A DNA stretch of 64,000 bases from Mobula hypostoma (lineage: Eukaryota): assembly GCF_963921235.1 (NCBI RefSeq), contig NC_086109.1:34288001-34352000 (forward strand). Direction: 5' to 3'. A model generated the notes under the pieces. That model did not search any database. It was not told the DNA's origin and saw only the letters and a list, made by a program, of their open reading frames with translations. The position numbers and the translations under genes were made by a program. Positions 13,051 through 25,092 of the stretch are shown piece after piece. Positions within the stretch are counted from its first letter, which is position 1, and the number at the start of each line of letters is the position of its first letter.

Positions 13051-16000
13051 CAATCTTAAAATCTTGAATTTTAAATGAAGCATACTTTAACAAACTTAAC
13101 AAGATGGTATGTGCCAATCATACCAGAACTAAAATGCTTGTCCTTTTATACTTTAGGTCGGGGGAGAAACCTAGAATGTGAAGGCAGAGTGTAGGATTTG
13201 CATCTGAAATATTCATGACAATGGAAGCACTTGAGCCAAGATAGAAAGATTGCCACAGATAGGTACTAGTGAATGTAAGTTGTTCCATGCCTATCATTGG
13301 AAGGAAATTCATAGCAGAAAGTGAATGTCCCAAAGGCAACTCTACAAGAGTGGAGGCGAAAAAATGGGATATTATGTGTCCGAAGCAATTGGAAGCAAAT
13401 AGCAAATACAATATAATTAAGAATACGTCACCTTGCCTACATTACGGAAATTATGAACTGTAACAAACTAAGGGATGGTATCATGCAAAGCATCCTAGAT
13501 CCCTTCCTTTCTGCATGCTTGTAATCAAACACAAATGCTGAAACTTGAGTCTCATTTTCCTTAGACTAGAAATAACTCAATATGCAGTGCAGAGCATGTA
13601 ACATACAAAATAATGCAAAAGCTGGATCAACGTGCACAGGGCAGAAACATGGGTATATGTGTACCAGTTAAAACCATTAGGAAGAAAATTAAGCACTTGA
13701 TATCATTTCAATTATACAATATCTAAAGATTAAGAGGTGAACCTTTGTCGCTATGCAATATCTTTCCCTTCAATATGTTTCTGCTTCTTTGACCCCAATT
13801 CTGTTTCTCTCTCTTTTTAAGAAAGTTTTATAAGTCAGCTATTTAGATTTTCAGCAGTGTAGAATATACCTGAGGTTAAGAAGTTATGAGTGACGATCAC
13901 TGGAGCAAAACAATCTTCGTACTTGTGTAAGGATGAATTTGAACTCTCAGGCGTTCACAGGTTTCAGAGCAACCCTTTATCCAAATCAATTTCAGGGGTT
14001 ACAGATTTAGTTTGATTGTAAGTAAGAAATGAGATATTTCAGCCAGCAAAATAGGAGATCACTTTGGATAAGAATTGTGAAAGTTTCTCTACCGGTGTCA
14101 TCTTTTGGGGCAAAATACTCCAGTACAAGTGCTAAGATTAAAAAAAAATCCCATTGCAAAGTCACCCTGAGATTTGAAGAAGTTTCAATCAGACCAGTAT
14201 TCAGCTGAACAGAGCCTTTAGTTTTAGATGTGCAAAGGAATGCTTTAGTCCTAAATTCCAGGAAACAAAAACCCATTGACCTCAGTTTTTCACAATAGCA
14301 CAACCCTCTTGTTGGAAGAATCAACACTGACTCTTTGTTCCACCTCCCTGAAGAAAAAGTGCAGAAAAGTGAAGAAAACAAAAACTATTCACCAAATGCC
14401 AGTGTTTTCGTGTCACGATTTCATTTCTGCAATAAGGTTAATGTGTCATTTGCTTTATGTAATTCTTTATGTAATTTTTATAATTCTACACACAGCCCTC
14501 AAATAACGATGAATAGCAACATGTACTTAAAAAAAGATTCTGCTTTCCTCTCAATTTCAAATTTCATACTTTTCCTCACATTTGTTTCAATCTGCGAACC
14601 ATTGAACAGATTTTTATATTTCTCTGCATTTGAGTTGACATCCTCCACTACTTTGGGGCAATATGTTCCAATTTACTGCGTAACAATCTGTCAATGCACA
14701 CAATCTCTATTTCTCTTGTCAGACATCTCCATCGCTCACCATTCTTTCTGTCACTGGAACCTTGTCACATTGAAGTTTTCTTTCATTAAAGTTTAAGTTA
14801 GCCTATGGCATGTTTTGCATTCCTCTTTGGATTAACAGCAAACAGGAAAAGCCCTTTACCTACTCCCAAAGAGCTCTATACTTGATTGAATATAAAACGT
14901 CTCTATTTTTGTAGCTTTTATTACCCTGTTTACCTGCTTGGTATGAAACTGCTAACAAACTTCAGTAACACTAAATCTTCCCTTTTCAATGAAAGTTTGT
15001 TGAACTGAAGGAGAAAAGAAAGAAAACCTGCAGAGGCTGGAGTTTAGTACAAAAAGAAGAAATGTTGGAGGATCTCAGCCAATCAAACAATGTCTATGGA
15101 AAGAGCAGCCTCTTAACATTGCAGGTTGAAAATCCTCCAGCAGAACTGAAGAAGAAACGTGGTAGTTCACTAGAGCTAAGCAGATGGTACATTATTGGAT
15201 ATCAGTCTTTCTCATCTCTTGCACAATTGATTCCTCTGAAGTCGATGATACCGAATGTCAAAGATCTGATAGCCAATACTCAGACGTGTGTTTAATACTG
15301 AAACACAAACACAACCACAAGCTGAGCTATTATTTCTCCTCCAATGATATTTAGTATCAGTGCTGATACTTATTTTTCTGTCTGCGTGTTTCCTGTGAAA
15401 AGGATAAATCCTTTTGTTTTGGAATTATCCTTGCCAAGCCTGTGTTATCCCAGTTGGTAAAGAAGGGAAGTGCTTCAAGGGGAACTTGGCAGATTCCTTC
15501 TAATATGTGGTAATGTTCCAAAAATTGCAAAAAAAATGACAATTTTCACACAGATCCACTTACCCACAAATATTATTGATTGGAACAACCACAATACATG
15601 TTCCACGCATTAATTGAATTTAATTTGTTTCAGGCTTCCACTGGAGCCTGACTTGTTTTTTTTGAAGCAGGTGGCTGGTGCAGTATGTAGCTGGATAATA
15701 AATTGATGGATTCCGTAAATGTATGATGTCTATGTGTGTTGCATGTGCACCCGTGCAGCACTTTTAGGGAGTTGATTAGACATGAAGCACGTGCTCCAGC
15801 AACTCTGCTTATCTCTTCAATATTACCTGCAATATTCACAGTAAGTACATATGCACATCCGATACACCTTTAATCTTAACTCTGCTGCACTTTCATTAAT
15901 GGTTCCCAAGTAAATCGATTCCTGAACCAACCCAGCTGAGGGGTGACAGCTTTGTATGGAAATGCTAGCTGCTGGTCATTTGCACAAGGCAGGACTTGGA

Positions 16001-16145
16001 TGTTTCCATGTGGTTGGTGAAAACAGAATCCTGAAACAACTTGGAGGTCAGATGCTGGCACAACTGCCTCTCACTCTGCCTGGGAGAGAGGCACTGACTA
16101 TTGAGATGAGGGGACAGATGTAAAGTCAACAACTGGTTTAAATGG

Positions 16146-16353
16146 CACACATAAAATGCTGGAGGAACTCAGCAGGCCAGGCAGCATCAATGGAAAAAAG
16201 TATAGTCGATGTTTCGGGCTGAGACCCTTCATAGATGCACTCTTTATACTCTTTTCCATAGTTACCCTTTTCCTGGCCTTCTGAGTTCCTCCAGCATTTT
16301 GTGATTGTGTGTTGCTTTGGATTTCCAGCATCTGCAGATTTTCTCTTGTTTGT
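16146..16353. mobile_element. Fold-back pair of Penelope pLTR (MER6-like) fragments
   Basis: AAAATGCTGGAGGAACTCAG..GACCCTTC followed by the inverted CTGAGTTCCTCCAGCATTTT..GATTTTCTCTTGTTTG. Confidence 0.75.
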
Positions 16354-18169
16354 GAAAGGGTTTAATGGGGTCACTCTCCTTTTGAGTAAATGTCAGTATA
16401 AGAAAGTGCTTGAATTATTTTACTTTATCTTTAAATGTTTTAATTGTGATTTTTCTTTCTTTTCTGAACATTTTGAGTAGATTTTTTTATTTCTACATCT
16501 TTTTAAATAGTTTGTAAATGCCTCTATGTCAAGCTGCCATTGGCCTTCAGGACTTTCTGAGGTGACATTTGCAGGCTGCCCCTAGCACATCCTTGGGTGT
16601 GTTGGTTGTTAATGCAAACAACACATTTCACTGTATGGTTTAATATACATGTGATGAATAAATCTGAACTACTCCTTTCTCAAGCTGTCAATGGCCTTTG
16701 GGACATTCTGATGTGAGATTCTTATTGATTGGCCTTCTGAGGCCTAGTCAGTGGTTGGGGTTGAATTGCATTCTTGCTTCCCAGCTTTGGATCATTAAGG
16801 CAAGTGTGGGCATGGACGTTTCCAGCAACAACTCCACACAGTGGGCTGTTTCCAGTACAGTCTGGTTCAGCATTACTAAGTCATTTAATGAGGCATTAGA
16901 GGCTCTGCAAAGCCTACACTGTGTTACTGCTTTATCCCCAACCAATGTCCTGAAAATAGATACCAAAAATGTACTTAGAGGAACTAGTACATTAATATTT
17001 GCTGATATCAATACACATATTAACTGTATTTAACATATTAATATAAATATTTAACATCATTACATACTTCAAAAGTGTCTTGTAAAATATATAGCTTCAA
17101 AAGTGAACTTTGGGCCAAAAGTTGTTTCTGGTTAAAGTATCCCACTGATCAAATGAACTGAACCAATGTAGAAAGCAGGGCAGGATAAGAAGGAAGCACA
17201 AAAACACCATCCAATCAAAGAAACTTTTGGTGAGGTTCAGGCAACAGTGTGATAGCAATTCTGAGAACAATTAAATTTTGCATTAAGGTTTGAAATTGTG
17301 GTCCATAAACAACTCCAATAAATTTGAAAGCACAGATATTTAATTTTCGATGAAGCTACAATACTTTGAATGTTCAAGCATTGGCACTTGTTATTTTGAT
17401 GCTTGCTTTCTAGCACCGATAAAGAAAATTGCACTTAACAGAGGTGTCAACATCTCTTTTAACTAGGTTATTTCGAGAGACTAGCACTTAGTCTTAGCAA
17501 AATGTAAATAATATTTGCTGAATACACTGTTAATTTTATAGATCTTTATTTAAAAATCCTGTACACCATTACAGTACATTACTAAAAAATGCAGTTTCCG
17601 TGTATTGATTGGTATATAATAGAAAAACACATTTTAGAACTAAAAATAACATACACCAAACAACACATTTGGCTTAAATAAGCCATATAAGAAACACCAG
17701 AAACAATTTAAAAATATTCTTCGAACTCCAACATATTAGCACCCCAGTTGCATTTTGAATGTTGGATTACTTTTCCTTCTAGTACCTTGTCGAAGAAAAT
17801 ATTTATTTTCTCTTGTGCGATATATTTACAATCTACATTAGCTTTATCTTTCATCTTCATCAATTCACTTCCTCATTTTCAACTTCCCTATATTACTTAA
17901 TTTTTCAAGAGCAGTTATTATTTCATATATCTCAGTTAATTCTCTAATCACTTTTCCCTCCAATGGTCTACTGATATGTTTAAAGATTGGTGTTGATTCA
18001 TGACTTTAAATATTTCTACCAACTCTTGCAAGACTGGTAATGTCATTCTTTACCAGTCTACAGTAACAAGAAACGATTCTACTTCTGAGCTGTACGTCTC
18101 ACAAGACAAAGGGTAGGAACTGGACAAACATGCAGCACAACTTGTTTCTGCATTTTTCATTTTCAGGAA

Positions 18170-18440
18170 TTTTTAAGAGTTCTTTACAGCCAATGAATTA
18201 TATTTAGAAATGCCTTTCTCTTGAAAGAAACCACAATAGCCAATACTATACAGCAAGGTAGCTTATAACACCTACAGGGAAATGAATGGCAGACCTGTCT
18301 GTTTGTTGGCTTGGAAAACAAGAGCTGTCTGCTTTTTAAAAAAATTAAAATGAAGAATCTATTCCATTCACTTTAAACCCTTAATTTAGCATCACGTCTG
18401 ATAGGTGGTTCCTCTGACAATGTACCTCTGTCACTAGATT
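18170..18440 (-). mobile_element. Old Deu-domain SINE remnant (SacSINE/AmnSINE-like)
   Basis: CTTTACAGCCAATGAA..CAATAGCCAAT..ACAGCAAG..TTTAGCATCACGTCTGA..CCTCTGACA matches my recollection of the DeuSINE body; a similar remnant lies at ~37390-37580. Confidence 0.4.
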
Positions 18441-18619
18441 CAGTAATGGTTCTGTACAGTATTAATACACTCTGTATATAGCTCCCCAACTTTAGGCACA
18501 TATTTATCATGACCAATCTTCATCAAAATGATTTTGAAAAAGATTTTACTTTATTTTTATTGATATTATATTTTGTTGAATTTCCATAGCATGATAAAGA
18601 GATGAAGAGTTGGAGGTAA

Positions 18620-19115
18620 AGATTAGCTTCATTTGTTACATGTACATCAAATCATACCATGAAGTATATTGTTTGCAGCAAATCAGATCAGTGAGGATTG
18701 TGGTGGGCAGCCCACAAGTGTTGCCACCCTTCTGGCACCAACATAGCAAGCCGAAAACTCACTAACCCTAACTGCATATCCTTGGAACATGAGAGGAACC
18801 TGGAGCACCAGGAAGAAACCAGCATTGTGTCGGGGAGAAAATGCAAACTTCTTACAGACAGCAACACACATCAAAGTTGCTGGTGAACGCAGCAGGCCAG
18901 GCAGCATCTCTAGGAAGAGGTGCAGTCGACGTTTCAGGCCGAGACCCTTCGTCCTGGCCTGCTGTGTTCACCAGCAACTTTTATGTGTGTTGCTTGAATT
19001 TCCAGCATCTGCAGAGTTCCTGTTGTTTGCGTTTCTTACAGACAGCGACAGGAATTGAAAACCAATCGTATCTCTGGCACTGTAAGTCAACTGCGCAAAC
19101 CGTTATGTTATCATG
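18620..19115 (-). mobile_element. tRNA-derived SINE with a Rex-like tail, interrupted by a pLTR fold-back insertion
   Basis: GGAGCACCAGGAAGAAACC body; B-box region GGAATTGAA at ~19051; related tails at 16566-16670 and 56330-56452. Confidence 0.65.
18863..19032. mobile_element. 170-bp fold-back Penelope pLTR mini-insertion with a 14-bp TSD
   Basis: TSD TTCTTACAGACAGC at 18849-18862 and 19033-19046; arms are inverted copies of CTGGCCTGCTG(C/T)GTTCACCAGCAACTTT. Confidence 0.85.
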
Positions 19116-19397
19116 ACACTCTAATAATGTGGGGTTTTCCATTAATATTTTTTTATCTAATTTAGTTTTCTATACCTACATTTTTTCCTTGTTAAAATCA
19201 ATTATGTAGCTTTCTGTTAATCATCAGCAACATTTCAAAACAATGGAAGAGCTCCGAGGACCATTAGCACCCGTCTGTGGACAGGGCCTTAGTAAAGCTT
19301 ACCCATGGCCTATTTGAGGCCTGGTATATTTGAGAATGGCTGCTGCATCAAGAACTATGCCTTCAGGAATCCAAAAGAGAGATGCAGCCAAAGGCAT

Positions 19398-20208
19398 CAT
19401 AGAAACATAGAAAATAGGTGCAGGAGTAGGCCATTTGGCCCTTCGAGCCTGCACCGCCATTCAGTATGATCATGGCTGATCATCCAACTCAGAACCCTGT
19501 ACCTGCCTTCTCTCCATACCCTCTGATCCCTTTAGCCACAAGGGCCATATCTAACTCCCTCTTAAATATAGCCAATGAACTGGCCTCAACTGTTTCCTGT
19601 GGCAGAGAATTCCACAGATTCACCACTCTCTGTGTGAAGAAGTTTTTCCTAATCTCGGTCCTAAAAGGCTTCCCCTTTATCCTCAAACTGTGACCTCTCG
19701 TTCTGGACTTCCCCAACATTGGGAACATTCTTCCTGCATCTAGCCTGCCCAATTCCTTTAGGATTTTATACGTTTCAATCAGATCCCCCCTCAATCTTCT
19801 AAATTCCAGAGAATATAAGCCTAGTCGATCCAGTCTTTCATCATATGAAAGTCCTGCCATCCCAGGAATCAATCTGGTGAACCTTCTTTGTACTCCCTCT
19901 ATGGCAAGAATGTCTTTCCTCAGATTAGGGGACCAAAACTGCACACAATACTCCAGGTGTGGTCTCACCAAGGCCTTGTACAACTGCAGTAGTACCTCCC
20001 TGCTCTTGTACTCGAATCCTCTTGCTATGAATGCCAGCATACCATTCGCCTTTTTCACCGTCTGCTGTACCTGCATGCCCACTTTCAATGACTGGTGTAC
20101 AATGACACCGAGGTCTTGTTGCACCTCCCCTTTTCCTAATCGGTCACCATTCAGATAATAATCTCTTTTCCTGTTCTTGCCACCAAAGTGGATAACCTCA
20201 TATTTATC
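19398..20208 (-). mobile_element. Young CR1 (HER1-like) LINE 3' fragment with an uninterrupted reading frame
   Basis: Open frame 20208-19489 (DKYEVIHFG...RPHLEYCVQFWSP...RRLRGDLIETYKI...TGF*); (TTTCTATG)n tail. Confidence 0.93.
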
Positions 20209-21676
20209 GTGTGAGGTTGTGGGGCAGATCCAACATGGTCTAATCTCTTAACCAACAAAGCTTCATACAGGGATGATAATTACAAACAGACTTGCTTGAT
20301 TTTTTTTTGTAGGAGTTACTTAATAAGTCATAAAGGCTTTTGATGGCTACTGAGATTCTAAGTACTGACAGAGATTAGGCCCCACTCACTGAACAACTTG
20401 TTGTGGGATACATGGGCCAGTCCTCCTTTCAATACTACTCAGTTCCCAATCCTTAGCTTTTGTCAGTACATTGATCACTGTATTAGTATAGGTGCTGCTT
20501 CCTCAATTATACAGAATTCAGACAAATCATACTACCTTTGTTGCCAATTTCCACCCAGCTCTTACACTTGGCCCATTTGTAACACTTCCTTTCCCTTTAT
20601 TTCATTCCTCAATCTTCAGTTTAGGGGACAGGTCAGCAACCAATATCCATTACAATTTGGAGCAGGAGTTCACAATTGGGGGACTAAGGTCCCTTCGGTT
20701 AATGGTAGAGGTCCATGCATTAAAAAGGTTGGAAGCCCCTGATCTAGAGAGACGATCTGCTGGAAGAACAAGAGCTGGTCAAGCAATATCTGTAGGAGGA
20801 AAGGAATTGTCTCCATTTCAGGTTGTGAACGTGCATCAGGACGGATTTTTCTTTAATCTTCACATTTGCAGAAGTAAAACCTTAATCTTTGTAATGTCTC
20901 TTTGAAATGTAATCATCAGAGCCAGGAGTCCTTCTGGTACAGTAGATCTATCATACAGTTCATCAACTGTCAATTTTCTTAAGAAATGGTGGTTTTACCA
21001 TACTGTGCATGGCATAAAGAGGTTATACAACTGTCACACAATTTCTTCCCACTTGTATTTTGCTGCTCTGGATTTAAAGACTAGCAATGCATTAGACTTT
21101 TTGTATATGGACCTTTCTCTATCTGTCTGTGATATTTTAATGATCTTAGTACACGTGTTGCATCAATTCTAAATGATAAATTGATAAATTATTGCTATTA
21201 TGCTTATTTATACTGTATCTACACTAAATTTATATTATTTAACCTTTATTTTAATGACCAGGATCCCAATTGAAATTATAAGTTGTGGGTTAGAAACATG
21301 GTGCTACTGAATGTGTGGAATGATATGAATGAGCTTTACTCCATGAGTTATTAAAAAGGCTCCTCTAAGAAGAAAAGAATGACAGAGAGGAGATGTTTAT
21401 GAAGTCTTTGTTGGAAGCTCTAACTGGAACTAAACTGAGTTAATCAGCCAAGCCTGTAGCATGGCAAATGGCCACCTGTTCTGTACTGGTTATTGGAGAT
21501 TCTATGATGGGAAAAAACTTTCCTGAGCACTGCAGCCTTGGCAGTGATTATCCATATATTGTGAGAAATGTGGGGGGAAAGATTATTCTTTGGACTCAGG
21601 CATATAATTGGAAAACTGTTCTTTGGGAAGGAGAGATAATTGGCAAAAGCATACACTTCTTCATGGTGAGGCATGG

Positions 21677-22385
21677 CAGTGTGGAGGATCAGCGAGATCT
21701 TGGGGTCCTTGTCTATATGACACTCAAAGCTGCCGCGCAGGTTGACAGTGTTGTTAAGAAGGCGTGTGGTGTGTTGGTCTTCATCAACCTTGGGATTGAG
21801 TTCAAGAGTTGTGAGGTAAGCTATATAACACTTCAGTTAGACCCCACTTGGAGTACTGTGTTCAGTTCTGGTCACCTCATTACAGTGGATACTATAGAGA
21901 GAGTGCAGAGGAAATTGACAAAGACGTTGCCTGGATTGGAGTGTGTGGATCATGAGAATAGGTTGAGTGAACTTGTCCTTTTCTCCTTGGAGTGACGCAG
22001 GATGAGAGGTGACCTGATAGAGGTGTATAAGATGACGAGAGGCATTGATCGTGTGGACAGCCAGAGGCTTTTTCCCAGGGCTGAAATGGCTAACATGAGG
22101 GGGCATAGTTTTTAAGGTGCTTGGAAGAAGGTACAAGGGGCATGTCAGAGGTACGTTTTTCACACAGAGAGTGGTGGGTGTGTGGAATGCACTGCCAGCA
22201 AAGGTGGTAGAGGTGGATACAATAAAGTTTTTTAAGAGACTCTTAGATAAGTACATGGAGCTTAGAAAAATGGAGGACTTTGAGGTAGGGAAATTCTAGA
22301 TAGTTTCTTGATTAGGTTACATGGTCAGCACAACATTGTGGGCCGAAAGGCCTGTAATGTGCTGTAGATTTCTATGCTTCTATGT
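21677..22385 (+). mobile_element. CR1 LINE 3' fragment
   Basis: SVEDQRDLGVLV, HLEYCVQFWSP, RMRGDLIEVYK, FFTQRVVGVWNALP; TTCTATG tail. Confidence 0.88.
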
Positions 22386-23089
22386 AAAGGTAGATCAAAA
22401 ATATAAATGAGAGGAATTAAATTTTTAAGGGAAGGGGAAATAAAGTTTGGCTCTTAATCAAGTTTCCTTACATAGCCTGCAATTTATAGTCAAATCCTGC
22501 ACGTGAGGCCTACATACTTCAATAATGTCAGTGGTCTAATACTCTTTATCTGAATTTTGTCGCGGAGTGTTTACTTTTAATGAGTTTGCAGTGAACAAAG
22601 TCGATTCATAGTTAAGTCACGATAAGGATAGAGTATGCGTCATGAGTCACAATTCAGATTACCTATAAAATGAGAGTTCATTGAAAGCAGACCAGACGAA
22701 CCGCTCCTATGGCCTTTGATGCGCACGGGCTATAGCTCAGTGTCTGTTCATTAAGAACACTAAAGCAAACTTTCAAGCAAATTCACTGCGTACCTTTCAT
22801 TTGAGCTGAGTTAGGGTAGGAGCAATGAAAACATAGCAAATGTACAAACTTTTACAAAATTATGCTAATTGTGTATAATTGAAGAGTGCAAGAACCAATG
22901 ATAACAAGGGAAAGCACATGGAAGAGTCAAGTAAAGCAGAGAAATATAGGTGTCTTTAGAACAACCAGTATGTGAACAAAATGCTGAAGTGTAATGTCTT
23001 AGTGATTGATTGGTCGATGAACTTATTTTGCCTTGGGATAAATACATTTCAAACTTTGAAGTTATTTTAGTTTAAAATAACAATATAAT

Positions 23090-23260
23090 CAAATACAGAA
23101 GAACTTCTGCAGATGCTGGAAGTCCAAAGGCACCCACACAAAATGCTGGAGGAACTCAGCAAAGTCAGGCAGCATCTCTGGAAAAGAGTGAACAGTCAAT
23201 GTTTGGGGCCAACACCCTTCAAGACTGAGAGTGAAGGGGGGAGATGCTTGAATTAAACGT
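23090..23260 (-). mobile_element. Penelope pLTR (MER6-like) remnant
   Basis: TCTGCAGATGCTGGAA..CACACAAAATGCTGGAGGAACTCAGC..ACCCTTC, the same repeat as at 7970-8100 and 40780-41020. Confidence 0.75.
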
Positions 23261-23261
23261 C

Positions 23262-23290
23262 GGGGGTGGGGGTGGGGGTGGGGGTGGGGG
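23262..23290 (+). repeat. (GGGGGT)n microsatellite, G-quadruplex-capable
   Basis: Five G5 runs separated by single T. Confidence 0.85.
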
Positions 23291-23599
23291 AGGGAGGAGA
23301 AAGAGGCAACCTCTTTCCACTCCCCCACACTGCAACAATTGGATGGGAAGTTGGCAAATTAACAGGGAAAACAACAGATTTACTCAAATCTTTTCCAACA
23401 GGAGTTAGGAAGCTTTGCAGATACATTCTAATATATTGGCGAATTAGTTATGTTTTATGTATCGGATATGCACTTAGTAAACTAACTTGAGAAATAACAT
23501 TCTGAAAGTACCATCTTTTTGACTGTTTCTTTTGGGACTTTAATATGATTATTTAGTTTTATACACTTCTCATTCATTATTAGTTCCGTTTGGGTTTTA

Positions 23600-24291
23600 G
23601 AACTTGGACAGCAATGTTTACTACATGGGCGGCAACTTCCATTGAAGCCGGGAGAGTTCAGCTGATTGTCACCATGCTTCGTGGTTTGAGGCAAATGAAA
23701 ACCACGGTGAAGTTTTTCTAAACGCCTTTTGCTTTGCTTTTCTCTGAAAATAACACAACTCAGCCAGACGCGCGCGTTAAGATGTCAGTGCACCTCCAAG
23801 ATAACACTGATGTCAGTTTTAAATGTTCACTTCATTTGGTATCTTTTCATTTTGTTACAGCCAATACTCGAATCCCTCTTCGACAACGCAGTTTTTACAC
23901 GCGATGGGGTTTAGGTGCAGAATCATTGGTTTCACATTCGGATTTTGGTTTTCGCCGTAGATCAGACGGGGTTGTTACTATTTGCAGATAAGAAGTCGCA
24001 GCAGATACTGTAAAACTTCCTGTATTGTATTTCTGCCTTTCTATTGGACGCAGGTGGCCACATAGTCGGAGGAACGCTCATGCAAATATTCGCAGCTCAG
24101 TTTTGATCTCTGCCTCCCTCGCTGGATATTGACAGTGAGGGTGGGGAGATGTCGGGGCGGCAGGCTGCATCCTTGCCTGGCAGAGTTTAAACTTCTGGTC
24201 GAAACTCTCGCTCCAGCTCATGATTTCCCCACGTGGGTTGCTGTGAGTCTTCCAACTAAAGAGTGCGGGACTGCACGGAGACTGGAGCACA
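23600..24291 (+). promoter_or_regulatory. ITPR3: CpG-enriched promoter/5' UTR of ITPR3
   Basis: TE-free and visibly CpG-dense compared with the flanks; ETS-like ACTTCCTG 24015-24022, inverted CCAAT 24043-24047, octamer ATGCAAAT 24080-24087, GC box GGGGCGG 24154-24160; directly upstream of the ATG. TSS not determinable. Confidence 0.6.
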
Positions 24292-24380
24292 ATGTCTGAA
24301 ATGTCAAGTTTTCTGCATATTGGAGATATCGTGTCTCTGTACGCGGAAGGTTCCGTGAATGGCTTCATTAGTACCCTGGG
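24292..24380 (+). CDS. ITPR3: Inositol 1,4,5-trisphosphate receptor type 3, first coding exon (89 nt, phase-2 end)
   Basis: [30 protein letters not shown] matches the vertebrate ITPR3 N-terminus (ITPR1/2 begin MSDKMSS/MTEKMSS); donor GG|GTAAGC. Confidence 0.95.
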
Positions 24381-25092
24381 GTAAGCGACCAGTGATTTCA
24401 TTGCACTCACCGCGAAGCCCGGCCGCCTGCTGCACTCATCCGCAGGCTTTCAAAACTTCAAGCGAAGATCGACTAAGATCTTTTCTGGGTGCATAGTTCA
24501 AGTAGAAGGATTGTGTAGGTACAGCAAAAACTTTAGCTCAGTGACTCTGCTGGGTCCTAACGCCCGTCAGTTTCGCATTGTTAGTTAAATTGGAAGCTTG
24601 TGCTGTTAGCAACGATTGAATGTTTGCCACAGATCAATTGCATAGGAGCAGAATTAAACAAATTCAAAAGTTATTTCTTATTGTGCCCCTGTTGTGGTGT
24701 TGGTCTACAGTGTATGTAATTTACAGTTGTCCTGAAAATTTGCTATTTGAAATAACTCACTCCTGCTTACATTCTTACCTCCAGAACTTTCCCAGCGTAT
24801 TGACTTTTACATGTAATATACCACTTTGGATGTCCCAAGGATAAGAAAGTGTGTTTTAAAATACCATGATTTTCTAAATCTATTCTAATTTTCTGTTTTC
24901 TTAGTGTCACAGTTATTTTTTCATTATACTGTGGATCACCCCTTTCTTCCCCCAAAAAGCAGTCACATATTTAACAGAGATGACCACTCACTGTGAGATC
25001 TACCACGCTGGTAGACCTTAGACCTTGAGGTGCAACTGGTTTAAAAAGGGTCTTTCTCCAAGCAAAAGATATGGTTTTACAGAAGGCAGCCA

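Noticed and set aside
13100..18150. Several 60-150 aa ORFs in AT-rich, mostly unique upstream DNA
   Set aside because: No recognisable homology, biased composition and no consistent splice signals; treated as chance ORFs.
24078..24410. 110-aa minus-strand ORF overlapping ITPR3 exon 1
   Set aside because: Antisense shadow of a GC-rich coding exon and UTR; no recognisable domain.
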